Source: Chiloscyllium plagiosum | Taxonomy: Eukaryota | Assembly (NCBI RefSeq): GCF_004010195.1 | Contig: NW_025214984.1 | Coordinates: 1 to 38,887 of the forward strand | Length of the DNA stretch: 38,887 bases | Direction: 5' to 3' | Shown here: positions 1 to 11,397 of the stretch, one piece after another | Numbering within the stretch: position 1 is the first letter of the stretch | Layout of the letters: the number at the start of each line of letters is the position of its first letter | The notes under the pieces: generated by a model | Databases searched by the model: none | What the model was told of the DNA's origin: nothing | The model's input: only the letters and a program-made list of their open reading frames with translations | Translations under genes and position numbers: made by a program

Positions 1-934
1 CAGAAAAGGCCTTACCAATGTTCTGTACAACCTCAATATGACATCCCAAAACGTCTGAGCAATGAAGGCAAGTGTGCTAAACACCTTCTTAACCATTTTA
101 TCTACATGAGATGAAAAGTTGAAATTATTTACCTGAACCTCTAGGTCTCTCTGTTCTACAGCATTACTCAAGGCCCTAGTGTTAATTGTACAAGTCTTAC
201 CTTGTTTGTTTCACCAAATGCAATACCTCACATCTATCCAAATTAAACTCCATCTGTCACTCCTCAGCCCATTGACCCAATTGATCAAGATCTCTTTGTA
301 ATCTTAGATAGCCTTCTTCATTATCCACTATACCACTAACTTTGGTGTCATCTGCAAACTTACTAATGTTCTCTTCTTATATTCTCATCAAAATCATTCA
401 TATAAATGACAAACAAAAGTGGATCCAGCACAGATCCCTGTGGAACATCACTAGCCTCCAGTCCAAACAACAACCCTCCACCAATACAGACTCCTGCCGT
501 TAAGCCAATTTTGTATCCATTTGGCAAGCTGAGTCTGAATATCAAGTGATTTAACTTTACTGATTAGTCTACCATGCAGAACCTTAAAGGCTTCACTAAA
601 GTTCAAGTGAACAAGGTGTACCACTCTACCCTCGATCTTCTTGGTTACTTCCTCAAAAACCTCAATCAAGTTTGTGACCTACGATTTCCCTCACACAAAA
701 TCATGCTATCTCAAATCATTCCATGCCTCTCCAAATGAATATAAATCCTATCTTTTGGATCACCTCCCACCACCGAAGTCAGACTCTCAGGTTCATAATC
801 CCCAAGCTTCTCCTTACATCCCTTCTTAAACAAGGCACATTAGCCACTTTTCCAGTCATCCGACATCTCACCCATAGTTATAGATGATACAAATATTTCT
901 GCAAGGGGCCTCAATTTCCAAACCTCCCACAACA

Positions 935-1181
935 GTTGAAAAATGTGGTGCTGAAAAAACACAGCAGGCCAGGCAGCATCCGAGGAGCAGGAGAATCAAC
1001 GTTTCGGGCATAAGCCCTTCTTCAGGAATGAGAGGCCTCTCATTCCTGAAGAAGGGCTTATGCCCGAAACGTCGATTCTCCTGCTCCTCGAATGCTGCCT
1101 GGCCTGCTATGTTTTTCCAGCACCACATTTTTCAACTCTGGTCTCCAGCATCTGCAGTCCTCACTTTCTCCTAGTTGATCT
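935..1181. mobile_element. Palindromic mini-PLE insertion (two head-to-head PLE 3' ends), family A
   Basis: ~100-bp near-perfect inverted arms centred at 1035/1036 (GAGAGG|CCTCTC). The right arm extends by a ~45-nt tail. Exact 15-bp TSD AAACCTCCCACAACA at 920-934 and 1182-1196. The arm matches the 3' end of GIY-YIG PLE fragments elsewhere in the window (e.g. 26660-26796). Confidence 0.9.
1042..1077 (+). ncRNA. Minimal hammerhead ribozyme motif (PLE-type)
   Basis: CTGAAGA (1046-1052), A, GGGC-TTAT-GCCC (stem II), GAAAC (1066-1070), GTC (1071-1073). Helix III is reduced to the palindrome ACGU. A mirror copy with a GUU triplet lies on the minus strand at ~994-1029. Confidence 0.75.
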
Positions 1182-1559
1182 AAACCTCCCACAACACCCT
1201 GGTATACACTAGATTAGGTTTCTGAGATTTATCCTTTATATTTTTAAGACTCCCAGCATTTCCTCAATTGTAATGTGAATGGTTTTAAAAACAATATTTA
1301 TTTTATGAGTTCTCTATCTTCCATTTTTTTCTCTGCAATAAAAATTGATGCAAAATATTCATTTACTGTCTCTCCCACCTCCTGAGGTGGAAAGATGACC
1401 TTTTTGATCTTTAAGGGTTATTACGTACATCTTCCAGTATGCAAGATGTGACTTCAGTAAGTGGAACTTGACCAAGTTTTCATTGAAGTCAATTTTATTC
1501 AAGTCATTTTGTTTCATAGTCTTGATGTTGTAGATAAATCAGGAATTCAGCTCTTTCAT

Positions 1560-1870
1560 GCACGCTTAAACTAAGGCTACAATGAGATCTGGAGCTGAGT
1601 GGACCTAGTAATACGCAAGGTGAGCATAGACGATTGTTGTATACATGATGTGTGATTCAAATGTCAGTAATACATTCCATATTTTGCTAATTATTGACTG
1701 GGCCATTGAGGAGATAATTAGATGGACTGCATTTGTCCTTTTTTGTGGACAGGATATACCAAGACAATTTTCCACATTGGCAAGTTGTCCCCGTTGTAGC
1801 TGTACTGGTGCACAGCTTGGCCAAGAGGGTGGTTAGCTTCAAGCATATGCCTCCAGTACTACATCCAAGA
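1560..1870 (-). mobile_element. Decayed LINE RT fragment (second, L2/CR1-like family)
   Basis: Minus-strand peptide remnants LTTLLAKL...KKDKCSPSNY resemble the LINE RT-proximal segment (...PLAKLF...KKxDKSNPxNYRPISL). Confidence 0.65.
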
Positions 1871-1989
1871 TATACTTCCCGTTGTTGTAGATATTTTAAA
1901 TCAACCTCTTCAGACATGTTATGACATATGTCTGAAGCAAATGGGAGTGCATTAAGCTATTTCTTGATATCATGAAATGCAAGAGGCAC

Positions 1990-2185
1990 TGCAGCCAAAT
2001 TGGTGCACCATGAACTTTCACAAAAGGTAATCTGATAATGAAGAAATAACTGCTTTTGTTGATTGATGAATAAATATTGTCCAGAATGCTAGGAATAACT
2101 CTAATAGTGCTGAGGGACCATTTACATCTGTCAGAGCAGGTGGATGGATCTTCAGTTTAAGCTCTCATCTGAAAGACCTGTACTC
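1990..2185 (-). mobile_element. Old SacSINE1/Deu-type SINE fragment
   Basis: GATAATG...TTGATTGATGAATAAATATTG...CAGTTTAAGCTCTCATCTGAAAGAC, matching the copies at ~7075-7375 and 17295-17585. Confidence 0.55.
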
Positions 2186-2419
2186 AAAATAAACAGGGTT
2201 GGGAGGTGAATTCACACCTAAAACGCCTGCTAAAATTAATTTGAGGGGTGGCCAATCAAAGAGAGGCTGCAAGAGGGAAGGGTCTAACTTGATTAGGAGC
2301 ATGAATGAGACTACAAAGAAGATCTGGAACAGAGGCAGGCTGTGTGGAGGAGGGTTGCCTCAAGGGGAAGGTGGGGGGGGGGGGAGGGACGAGACAGGGT
2401 GCAAAGGAGAGGTATGATG

Positions 2420-2710
2420 AGATTAGATTAGATTCACTACAGTGTGGAAACAGGCCTTTCGGCCCAACAAGTCACACCAACCCTCGAAGAGCAACCCACC
2501 CATACCCATTCCCCTACATTCACCCCTGACTAATGCACCTAACACTATGGGCAATTCACCGGAAACCAGAGCCCCCAGAGGAAACCTACGCATACACGGG
2601 GAGAATGTGCAAACTCCACACAGACAGTTGCCCGACCCGAGGCGGGAATTGAACCCGGGTCCCTGGCGCTGTGAGGCAGCAGTGCTAACCACTGAGCCAC
2701 CGTGCCACCC
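2420..2710 (-). mobile_element. HE1-type V-SINE (tRNA-derived shark SINE)
   Basis: Minus strand has a tRNA-like head GGGTGGCACGGTGGCTCAGTGGTTAGCAC...GGGTTCAATTCC (A/B boxes), the V-domain TGTGTGGAGTTTGCACATTCTCCCCGTG, a LINE-like 3' end and an (AATCT)n tail. Confidence 0.9.
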
Positions 2711-3854
2711 CACGTGACAGTTAAAATCAGTTAACAATTAAGAGCAAGAAAGTCTTAAAATCGCTATGGTAATCAACACACCACAGCTGAAGCTTAAGGC
2801 TACATTTATTCAAGTGCTGCGACATGAGGAAGAACTGAATTTTTGAATTCATATCAGAAATACAGACACAGTGAGGGGGGCATTAACTGCCTGAACTATT
2901 CCAAGAGATTAACTGGTGATCTCACCAGCCTCTGTCAGCTATTTTCAAAATATTTTTATTGCTAACTTATGTCTGCTGTCTTGTCCTAATTGAAATTTGC
3001 AATGTTGAAGAAATTTATGTTTGCTTATGTATTGTGGCCTTTAATAGATATTTGATAGTTGAGGATATTGAAGAATTGTTCTAATCCCACTTCTGTGGAG
3101 TCCAAAAAATGCCATGACAACACAAATATAGAACGTATTGTATTTACATAACTAAATCAAGTTAGTCAGCATGAAAAAATAGCCTTCAAGTAAAACCTCA
3201 AGACGTCTCAAAAATAAAATGTGTTTGTACCGTGCAAAATTAGGTACCTCCAACAAAGTTAGGTACACGAACAGTAACCTGGTATCACGTAACTCAGATA
3301 GAAGCGCTACTAATTCAGCCACAGACTGACACTACAGTTCAAATTTGAATATGTTAGGGGATGGGTTCACTAATTTAATAAAAAATTCTAAATGCCATTA
3401 ACTTATATATTAAAGTTGTTAACATGAGAATTCAAAGAAAAAGGCTGTCTTTTCATTCCTAGACTGTGATGGCAGTTAGAATCATAGAATGAAAGAACAC
3501 AGAAGAAAGACAGTTGGATCTACATGCCTTGCTAGTTCTTTCGTAGAGCTATGCAACTTGTTCTAATCATTTTTACTCTTTCGCCATAGCTCTTAAGAAA
3601 TTTATAGTACAGAAAACTGGATGTGTGAAATAGCCTTTCAAAACGAGGGAATAAAACCAATGAGCTAAGGGCAAGATAGACAAATGGCAGCATCATATTA
3701 AAATGGAAACCCGGCTAAAAGAAGGGCAAGACTGGCTGCTCAGCATCCCTGATTAAGCAGTCTTCAAGGAGGTTGGAGAAGGGGATGAATAAATGAATTA
3801 CAGTTATGAGGAGGGTTATTGTAATATAAAATTAATGAAGCATCAAATGAGGCC

Positions 3855-4030
3855 AAATAAAAACAGAATACAACAATGCTACAAATCTGAAATTGAAACA
3901 AATGCTTGAGAAACGCAGCATCTGTAGAGAAAGAAAAAGAAAACATTTTCAATCCAAAGACTCTTCAGAATTTGTTTCTCTACATATGCTGCCAGACCTA
4001 CTGAGTTTATACAGTATTTTCTATTTACGT
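3855..4030. mobile_element. Old, decayed palindromic PLE-end remnant (family C-like)
   Basis: GCAGCATCTGTAGAGAAAG ... TTTCTCTACATATGCTGC inverted pair flanking GACTCTTCAGAA. Resembles the PLE ends at 13810-13910 and 15368-15426. Confidence 0.5.
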
Positions 4031-5350
4031 AACAAATGAGACCACTAGGGTTGAGATGTACATGGTAACTTATACATGGATGCAGAAGATGTGAGCAGGG
4101 TTCTTACGGAGTACTATGTTTGCACAAAAGAGTGGGATGATGCAGATATTCTAGTTAAAGAGAAAGTTTGTGAATTCTTAGATAACAGTAAGCCAAATGA
4201 GAACCGAAATACTGAGGAACTGAAGGCGATTAAATCACATGGGCTAAATGAGTTCTTAGACTGTTAAAGGAAGCCAGGAAGGAAATCCTCTGGGAACATT
4301 TTCGAATCCTCACTAGATGAGATATCAAAAGTTTGGTATTCACAAAGGACAAAATGTATGCTAAGTAACTTTAGGTCAGTCAGAGGACTTTTGTAACAAT
4401 GGTTGTGCCCCTACTTCTCAGCCAGCAAGTCCAAGTCTCATCCACCCTGGACACGTCATAAATATCTGAATAAAGTTGAATAAAATATGATTAGGCCTGT
4501 CAGTCCAACTTACTGGAGGCAGTATGAAGAATAGAATTAAATGTCACTTAGAGGCATAGATTTATCAAAGATCATCAGCATGGTTTGTTAAGTAATGTCG
4601 TGTCTAACTAACTGCATTCTTTGAGGCAGGAGCAAGAAGAATTGATAAGGATAGCGCATTGGATGATATCTACATTAAATTTAGTAAGGTAGTTGACAAG
4701 GTCTCATATGGTAGACTGCCCAGGAAAGTAAATGCCCATGGGACACATGGAAATGTGACAAGTTGGTTCCAAAATTGCTCAGTGACAGAAAACAAAAGCT
4801 AATAGTGGCTGAATGTTTTCTGTGATTGGAAATCTGTTTCCAGTGGTGTTCCATAAAGTTGTGTGGGTTCCTTGCTGTTAGTGGTATACGTTAAATCTGG
4901 GAGGTATGATTGGTTAATTTGCAGATGACACAAACTTGGCTTGGTAGATAGATAAAAGGATGACTATCAACTATAAGATTGAGTGGGTAGAAAAGCAGCA
5001 AATGGAATTCAACCCAGAAAAATTTTTATATTTTTAGGGAGGCAAACAAAGCAAATCGAACGCACAAGATACTTAGAGGGTACAGGAGAGATCTTGGAGC
5101 ACATGCCCACAGATTTTGAATTTGGAAGAACAGGTAATTAAGATGTTTCAAAGAAGGTAACTGTGATGCTTTCCTTCCTGTTGTGAGGTGCTGAATACAA
5201 CAGCAGGAATGTAATACTGGAACTATATAATGACACTTGTTAGGCCACAGCTGAGGTTGTGTGTAAAGGAAAGATTTAGGTTGATTAGTACAAAGGTTAG
5301 CAAGGACCTAAGGAAAAGCCTTTTCACCCAGATGGTGGTAGGTGTCAGAT
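4030..5350 (+). mobile_element. Decayed CR1-type LINE
   Basis: Plus-strand remnants of DKV-S-YG (FDKVPHG-like, ~4693), GVP and FADDT (~4918). Many stops and indels. A small SINE-like insert lies at ~4385-4490. Confidence 0.8.
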
Positions 5351-5933
5351 GTGGAGGATATTAATCCTCCATGATCCTGTACATGATCCTCAAACCCAGA
5401 AGCCTCAAATGCTACAAACTATTGCAGCTTTGGGCAGGTGTAACTAACCATGGCAACAAAGGATACCAAGAATTCATGACACTAATGTTTAATTTAGGTA
5501 CATTCGTAGTTTTTCTTATAATTTATATAGATAGATCTGTTTTAAAAAAGACATTTCTTCTACGGCAAAAGGGCTTAAAGAAATCAAGATTGAATAGCTA
5601 CACAAGCAGACAAACATTACTAACATATGACCAGGTTCTGTGATCAAGAGAGGGCAAGCAGCAAACTTCTGGTCCAGATTTCAATGGCGGCAAAGTTTCC
5701 AAGAACAGAGGATCCAGGAAAAATGAATAGCACCTCAGCATCTCACAGAGAGATTCATCACTCTGACACAAGACAGTTCATTTTCCTGGAGAAAAGTTAT
5801 GTTATCAAACCACTTCATTTCCACTCTCATTGGGCAGTCCTGAAAATCCTGGAAAACTGCTAATAGTATTAAGTTATGTATTGTTAATCAAAGAAGGCCA
5901 AAAAAATGCTCATCAGTATAAATACCGACATCA

Positions 5934-6226
5934 GGGTGGCACAGTTGTTAGCACTTCTGCCTCATAGGGCCAGAGACCTGGGTTCAATTCCACCCTTGGG
6001 CATCTATATTTGTGGGTTTCCTCCTGGTGCTCTAGCTTCCTCCCACAGTCCAAAAATTTGCAAGTTTGATGGATTGGCCATTCTAAATTGGCAAGTAATG
6101 TGTAGGCTAGGCGGATTAGCCAGGTAAATGCAAGGTGATGTGTCTGGGTGGGATGCTCTTTGGACAGTCAGTGAGGACTTGATGGACCAAATGCCTGCTC
6201 CCCCACTACAGGGATTCAAAGATTTC
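5934..6226 (+). mobile_element. HE1-type V-SINE, degenerate
   Basis: GGGTGGCACAGTTGTTAGCACT...GGGTTCAATTCC head, TTCCTCCCACAGTCCAAA core and CACTACAGGGATTC 3' end. Confidence 0.8.
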
Positions 6227-6443
6227 TAAGTACATAGATCAATTGAACTGAATCATCCATTTCTGTGCTGTAAATTTCGAATCTTATTCTGAGATTAACT
6301 TCATTCAAGGAACAAAGTGTATGCATCACTCACTCTTTGGTATAAACTGGATAGTAAAGCACTGATGGCCCCTTGGCAAGGAATTAAAATGAAGGGTTAA
6401 GAAATCATCGTCTACCCTTGATAACATTGCCTGAAAATAAACT

Positions 6444-6606
6444 GTGAAAAATCACACAACATCATGTCATACTCCAACAGGTGGCTCCTGATGAAGGGGC
6501 AGTACTCATAAGCTAGTGCTTCCAAATAAACCTGTTGGGTGATAACCTGGTGTTGTGATTATTAACTTTGCACACCCCAGTCCAACACCGGCATCTCCAA
6601 ATCATG
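6444..6606. mobile_element. Palindromic mini-PLE insertion, family B (distinct sequence) with decayed hammerhead
   Basis: AAAAATCACACAACATCATGTCATACTCCAACAGG (~6446-6481) is an imperfect inverse of CCTGTTGGGTGATAACCTGGTGTTGTGATT (~6531-6560). CTGATGA-A-GGGGC-AGT-ACTCA-TAAG-CTA lies at 6488-6515. The right arm has an extra tail. Confidence 0.7.
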
Positions 6607-6684
6607 AAAAAAAACCTGAAAATTCACTGCTATTCAAAGCTAGGGGTTGGCATAATTGGAATTCTTAGAAGTAATGTAAAACTA

Positions 6685-6832
6685 CAGAACAACCTCGGTT
6701 ATCCGAATGTCAATTAGTCGAATTTTGGATTTCCCAAATAAGATCTTAAAGTCCCGTAAAAAGTTATCCAAAATCAGTTATCTGAACAAAATACTCTCCG
6801 CCCATCTCGTTCGGATAATCGAGGTTGCTCTG
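6685..6832. mobile_element. 148-bp Tigger/pogo-like MITE (Tc1/mariner superfamily)
   Basis: 23-bp TIRs CAGAACAACCTCGGTTATCCGAA / TTCGGATAATCGAGGTTGCTCTG (2 mismatches). Flanking TA at 6683-6684 and 6833-6834. Internal TTATCCGAA-like subrepeats. Confidence 0.85.
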
Positions 6833-7074
6833 TATATGTAGTAATCTGTTTGTATCACTACCCTGAGATATCATTGTATCATTTTTTAAATTTTCATGAC
6901 AGCATTAGTTTATTGGAAAAGACTACACCAACTCACATTATAATCATGTAATTAACTTGCACTTGCGGCATTTACAATTTATTGTTTTTTAAGAAAAACA
7001 AAAGCACTGTTTCCATACATTTGTTAGGAATCCATTTCCCCTATAACTTTTAGAAAAATTGAGATGGTTACAAT

Positions 7075-7375
7075 TGAATAGAGTTTGTATTTTACAATAT
7101 TTTTCATGACTTTCAAACATTTCATAGCCACTGATGTTGTCATTTTGTTATATCAAAAACAGCAAACATATTGCACAGTTAGCATTGAAAACCAGCGAAT
7201 GAGCTACATATCAGTTTTTGATAGCGTTGGTTCGTTCAAATAATGTTTATTTCTGACCATACAAACAAGAATGGGGCTTCACTTTAACATCTCTGAAAGA
7301 TGAGACCCAAAAATACCATTCCATTTGTACTACCTTTCAGCATCAGTCTGGATTACGTGCTCATGTTCACTGTGG
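7075..7375 (-). mobile_element. Old SacSINE1/Deu-type SINE
   Basis: GGGGCTTCACTTTAACATCTCTGAAAGA...CATCAGTCTGGATTACGTGCTCA, similar to the other copies in the window. Confidence 0.5.
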
Positions 7376-8939
7376 TTGGCAAGTTGATCATTAAGATAAT
7401 CAAATTAAGTACAAAAGAATCTTTAAACAGTGGTAATCAAAGCCAATTAAACATAAAGGAAGAAAAGTACCTTGAATTCTGAAGGATAATTCTGAAAGTA
7501 ACAAAGCAATTTCAAAAGAATGGAATTTTGTTCTTAGGCTGTGTATGCTTTTAAGTTGTGATTTTGATTATGAAAACAAACATATATCCCATACACTGTT
7601 TTTAATATACATCTTAACGGAATACAGAAAAGTACTTTCAATAATTATATACACATATTTCAGCAAAGATCAGAACTGTTCTATGCCAACAAACATGAGT
7701 CATAAGTTGAGATTTGTACACCGCTTTGCAGACGACGCTAAAAATTTGGAATTATTTTGAAGTTGAGCATCAAAATTTCTCCCACAATCCCCAAATAATT
7801 TTACCATTCATTACAAAAGTATCCAATTATCAAGTATTTTTGAGCCAACTGCTACAACATTTCTCCTTCCGATCAGCAGCAAATTAAGGTCAGAATGGTC
7901 TGGCTGTCATTAGGTATTTTTATTTGCTTAACTGTCAATAGTCCCAGTGTTCTTTAGATAAAATTATGAACATGTCCTTCCTAAAATACTATCTAGATTT
8001 GAGATCATAAGCATTGGAGTTAATCCTTCAACAGTAATACAGTGCCCAATAAAATTTGTATTCCACACTACATAAACTGTTTTGTAAAGATTGACATCAA
8101 TGCTCCAATATTGCAGGAATACGATGTAAGAAACAATCCTATAAAATTCAATAATACAAAATTAAGAACATCCTCTGGAATAAACCACTTACAAATGTTT
8201 TGAATTTGTGGAATCAATCATAGGAGTTAATTAAATTTATCATGCCTCTTTGAAAGAGCTAGCCAATAGATTCCACTCCCCAACTATCCTTACAATTTTC
8301 CTTCAGAGGTAAAATTACTAGTAAAACTGTATCAGTTCTTTCAGATAGTGCAATTCAAGATCTTAACTGCCAGTAACAACATAATCTATATTCCTTTATG
8401 TTAATCTTAAATCTACTTTATTTAATGTAGCCTCCCTGAGGGGAAGGTTTACTCCAATACTTCTCAATTTTTAACGTTTCAAAGTATCTCCCGTTCACCT
8501 TTTCTGCTCGGAGAACACTCCTTGCATGCGGATATGTTTGGTACAAAGCACAAATGCGATAATACAGTTGAATGGTAAGACTATTCCAGTACGGTACTGC
8601 TTTGGAAAACAACGTGATCACGAGTATGTATTCCAAACCAAAAGAATTGAAAAAAAAACGTTTGGTGGTGGGGGGGGGAGGCGGAATTTGTGCGCGTAAG
8701 CCACCATCATATTCATCTGTAACATAATTTCCTAACATATAATAATCAGCATTAGACAACTTGATTTTTGTGGCATAATCGGAATGGGGTTTGGCTGTTT
8801 GAAGAAGTGGATGAATATGCAGATCCTACAAAACTCAGTTCTGCCTTAAGAACTCAGCAGATTTCTACAGTGCAGTACAAGAGGTTGGGGGACAAACGGT
8901 CACTACGCCATTTCTGAAACCTTCCCCTTCAAACCAAAC

Positions 8940-8950
8940 GCCGCCATTTT
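8940..8950 (-). promoter_or_regulatory. YY1 consensus site
   Basis: GCCGCCATTTT on the plus strand, i.e. AAAATGGCGGC on the minus strand, an exact YY1 core. Confidence 0.55.
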
Positions 8951-9428
8951 ATCACAGCCTGCTGCCAGAACTAGATTTTATTTCAAACACTTTTTCAATC
9001 AAACTACACTTTTAAAAAGCGACATTCACGCACCAAGTTATTAACATGCCCGAAAAACGAAGAAATTCAATTTCAAAGAGGAAAAAGCTAAGGCTCAACC
9101 TCGTTGTTTGGACGTTGCAGTTGGGTATTCGAAAATTTAAAAAAGGCTCCTCACAAACCGCAGCCTCGCGTTTATTATTAACCGGGTGGCGATCAATTTT
9201 ACTCCAATATTAACTGATTCACACATGAATAGCTCCCCCCAACCAATTTGGGGTTGACGGATAGCACCCCTTTTTTTAAAAAAATAGATTCAATGAGTTA
9301 AAACATTTTGGTCATACGGATCTGAAATTGAAGGGAGGTTAAGAAAATAGGTTCTGACCACAACTTCACAATCCAGCAACTTTAAAACAAAACCTATCGC
9401 AAAGTCAACCGATCGACCCCCACCCCAC

Positions 9429-9850
9429 CTTTTGAACAGGCATCGGGACTTGTCCAAGAGACAAAAAAAAAATACGATTTGCGTTGATTATTTTGACCGT
9501 CTTCTCCGCCAGAAATGAAAATAAACTCATAGACATTCGGCGCAAAATACTGAAACATAAATTCAAGAACATCCGAGCTGCGAATATTTTGTCGCTTGAA
9601 AAAGGAAGCGAGAGAGAGAGAGAGAGAGGGGAAAAAATGTCGAAATGAATAAGTTGCATCCAAGTGTCGAGTACTGTGTCCTGTTCTCCCTTTCTCCGAC
9701 ATGTCTGCTTTCGCCACGATGGGATCAACGCCCGAGTCTCCTCGGTGCCAACGCAGGACTGACAGCGGCGATGAGACCTCGCTCTCTCGCCTTCAAATCT
9801 CCCTCTAAGTAAATTTCCCCGTGTCTTTCTCCTCACTCACTCACTCAACA
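9429..9850 (-). other. Possible alternative first exon / 5'UTR segment
   Basis: CpG-rich, UTR-like stretch starting with GA/GT-rich sequence, preceded (minus sense) by CRE half-sites (ACGTCA ~9912, ~9960). Ends at a weak donor-like AAG|GTGGGG (~9428). Confidence 0.3.
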
Positions 9851-11204
9851 CACACGCACACACATCGACAGTCTCGGTCGTATTTTCTGTGACAAAGTCT
9901 AACCGAGGATAACGTCATGTTGTTACACTGTAGCTGATCATGTTGTCGCAAGTGGACAAACGTCAGGAGCTTACATACAAAAAAATGGGCGGCTAAAGTA
10001 ACAGGAGACACGGCGAGCACTGCTCCTGTCATCTCAATAGGAGGAGGGGAGAAAAGGGGGGTAAATACAAACCCAAACACGCTCACATACACATATAGAC
10101 AGGTATTCAACAGAAATAAGGGGGGGGGGGGGGGAACCTACTGTCGCAGTAAAAACCAATTCCACACTTCCCGTCCTCTTCAAAACCAACAAGGGAAAGG
10201 GATAAAAAATCCCTCCTCCCAGCTGTTCAAAAATCCCAGTGAAGCTGAAACACCAGACACTATGGGAAATTTTAAATTTTCTTTATCAAACACGATGGAT
10301 TCGAACTTTAAAAACAAAACACTGCAGGGTATTTTCTCTGCAAAAAAAACTGTGATCAGTAGCGCCTTTGCCCGATCCTTGTCGTTATCTACTGCTACTG
10401 GAGGAATTTTAAAAACGCCAGTCTGTAACTAGCAATTGTTTCGCTTGCAATCTGCAGTTTAAAATCGATTTCTAGTGAAAACGAAGGCAATGAACCGGCA
10501 ATGTTCATTTGAAGCTACTACTGTAAAATCAATTTACTCCGGCGACTAGAATTTATTTATTATTCTTAGTTCCATATATATGTGCAAAGAAAGAAAGTGG
10601 GAAGGGGTGGAAACAAGTCACCCTAAAAATTTAAATAATATAATCACTCAACAGAACCTCAAATAATCGCACGTCTCAAACAAAACCATCGTTTTTATTA
10701 TTTTAAACACCCTCGATTCAAATATCCTGACGTCCCCCGATTTAACAGAAATCGGAAACGTTTTAAAGTCTGAAAATCAAGGACGGGAAACTACTGCTGC
10801 GGATGGTAGTGGTAGGCAGATTCCCAAATCCCCTCCGAAGAGAGGGAGACCCAAAAAGCCCTGAATCGAAGACATCGATCTGCAGACGGGCTGGACGGCG
10901 AGCTCTGATCTGACCTCGTCAGCCAGCAGTCGCCTGTCTCTTGCCCTCCCCAAAGGGTAAAGTAAGGGGAAGAAAAGGAGGAAGCAAACAGAGAGAGAGA
11001 GAAAGAAAAAGAGGGAGCCGACGGGTTGCCACCTTCCTCTCTCACAGATACACACACAATGACCCCAGCCAATGGTTTCCTTATATATTTTGTTTCTCTC
11101 TCTCATCCCCCACTTTTGCATTAATGCTACGTGCATGATGTGCGTGTGAAGTGTTGGTGCCACCGTCTCTCAATTGACTCCTTTCCCTCCGTCTCCTTAC
11201 TTAC

Positions 11205-11390
11205 CCCTTACGTAGTTTTACTCGTCACTGATTACGGTGCGCCAGGAGTGGATGGCTGTGCTGATACGTAGCCGCCACGTCAAAAAAATACACTGAGAGC
11301 GTCACCTCCAGTCCCCTCAAACCAGGCGAGGCCGCAGCACCCGGCTCGCGCACACAGCCCGGATTGCTGCGCCGCCGCCGCCACAACTCG
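11205..11390 (-). other. Probable non-coding first exon (5'UTR) of the host gene
   Basis: Lies just downstream (minus sense) of the CCAAT boxes, begins with (GGC)n and contains no ATG. Ends at a consensus donor GGG|GTAAGT (intron starts 11204). The TSS is approximate. Confidence 0.6.
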
Positions 11391-11397
11391 ACGCCCC

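Larger units (their letters stand above)
1..1410 (-). mobile_element. CR1/HER1-type LINE fragment (RT region), interrupted by a palindromic PLE insertion at 935-1181
   Basis: Minus-strand translation gives DVPQGSVLDPLLFVIYMNDFDENI (ORF 363..545) and KFADDTK (~341-362), both CR1 RT motifs. Frameshifted and decayed. Confidence 0.9.

Noticed and set aside
935..1137. Palindromes as MITEs or miRNA precursors
   Set aside because: Variable 13-17 bp TSDs, asymmetric ends and identity to PLE 3' ends point to a retroelement origin. No miRNA evidence is available from sequence alone.
868..1174. Overlapping ORFs on both strands and similar peptides at 12804, 15867, 16898, 18763, 29044, 31661 and 31721 (MCCWK..., PETSILLLLGCCL...)
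   Set aside because: These are translations of the non-coding PLE palindrome arm. Their recurrence reflects the repeat, not a protein family.
8930..8950. AAAATGGCGGCG as a start codon context
   Set aside because: The frame closes within a short distance with no recognisable product. Better explained as a YY1 site.
9394..9836. ORFs 9394..9717 and 9405..9836 as host coding exons
   Set aside because: Low-complexity, microsatellite-derived residues and no recognisable domain. The region looks like UTR or regulatory DNA.
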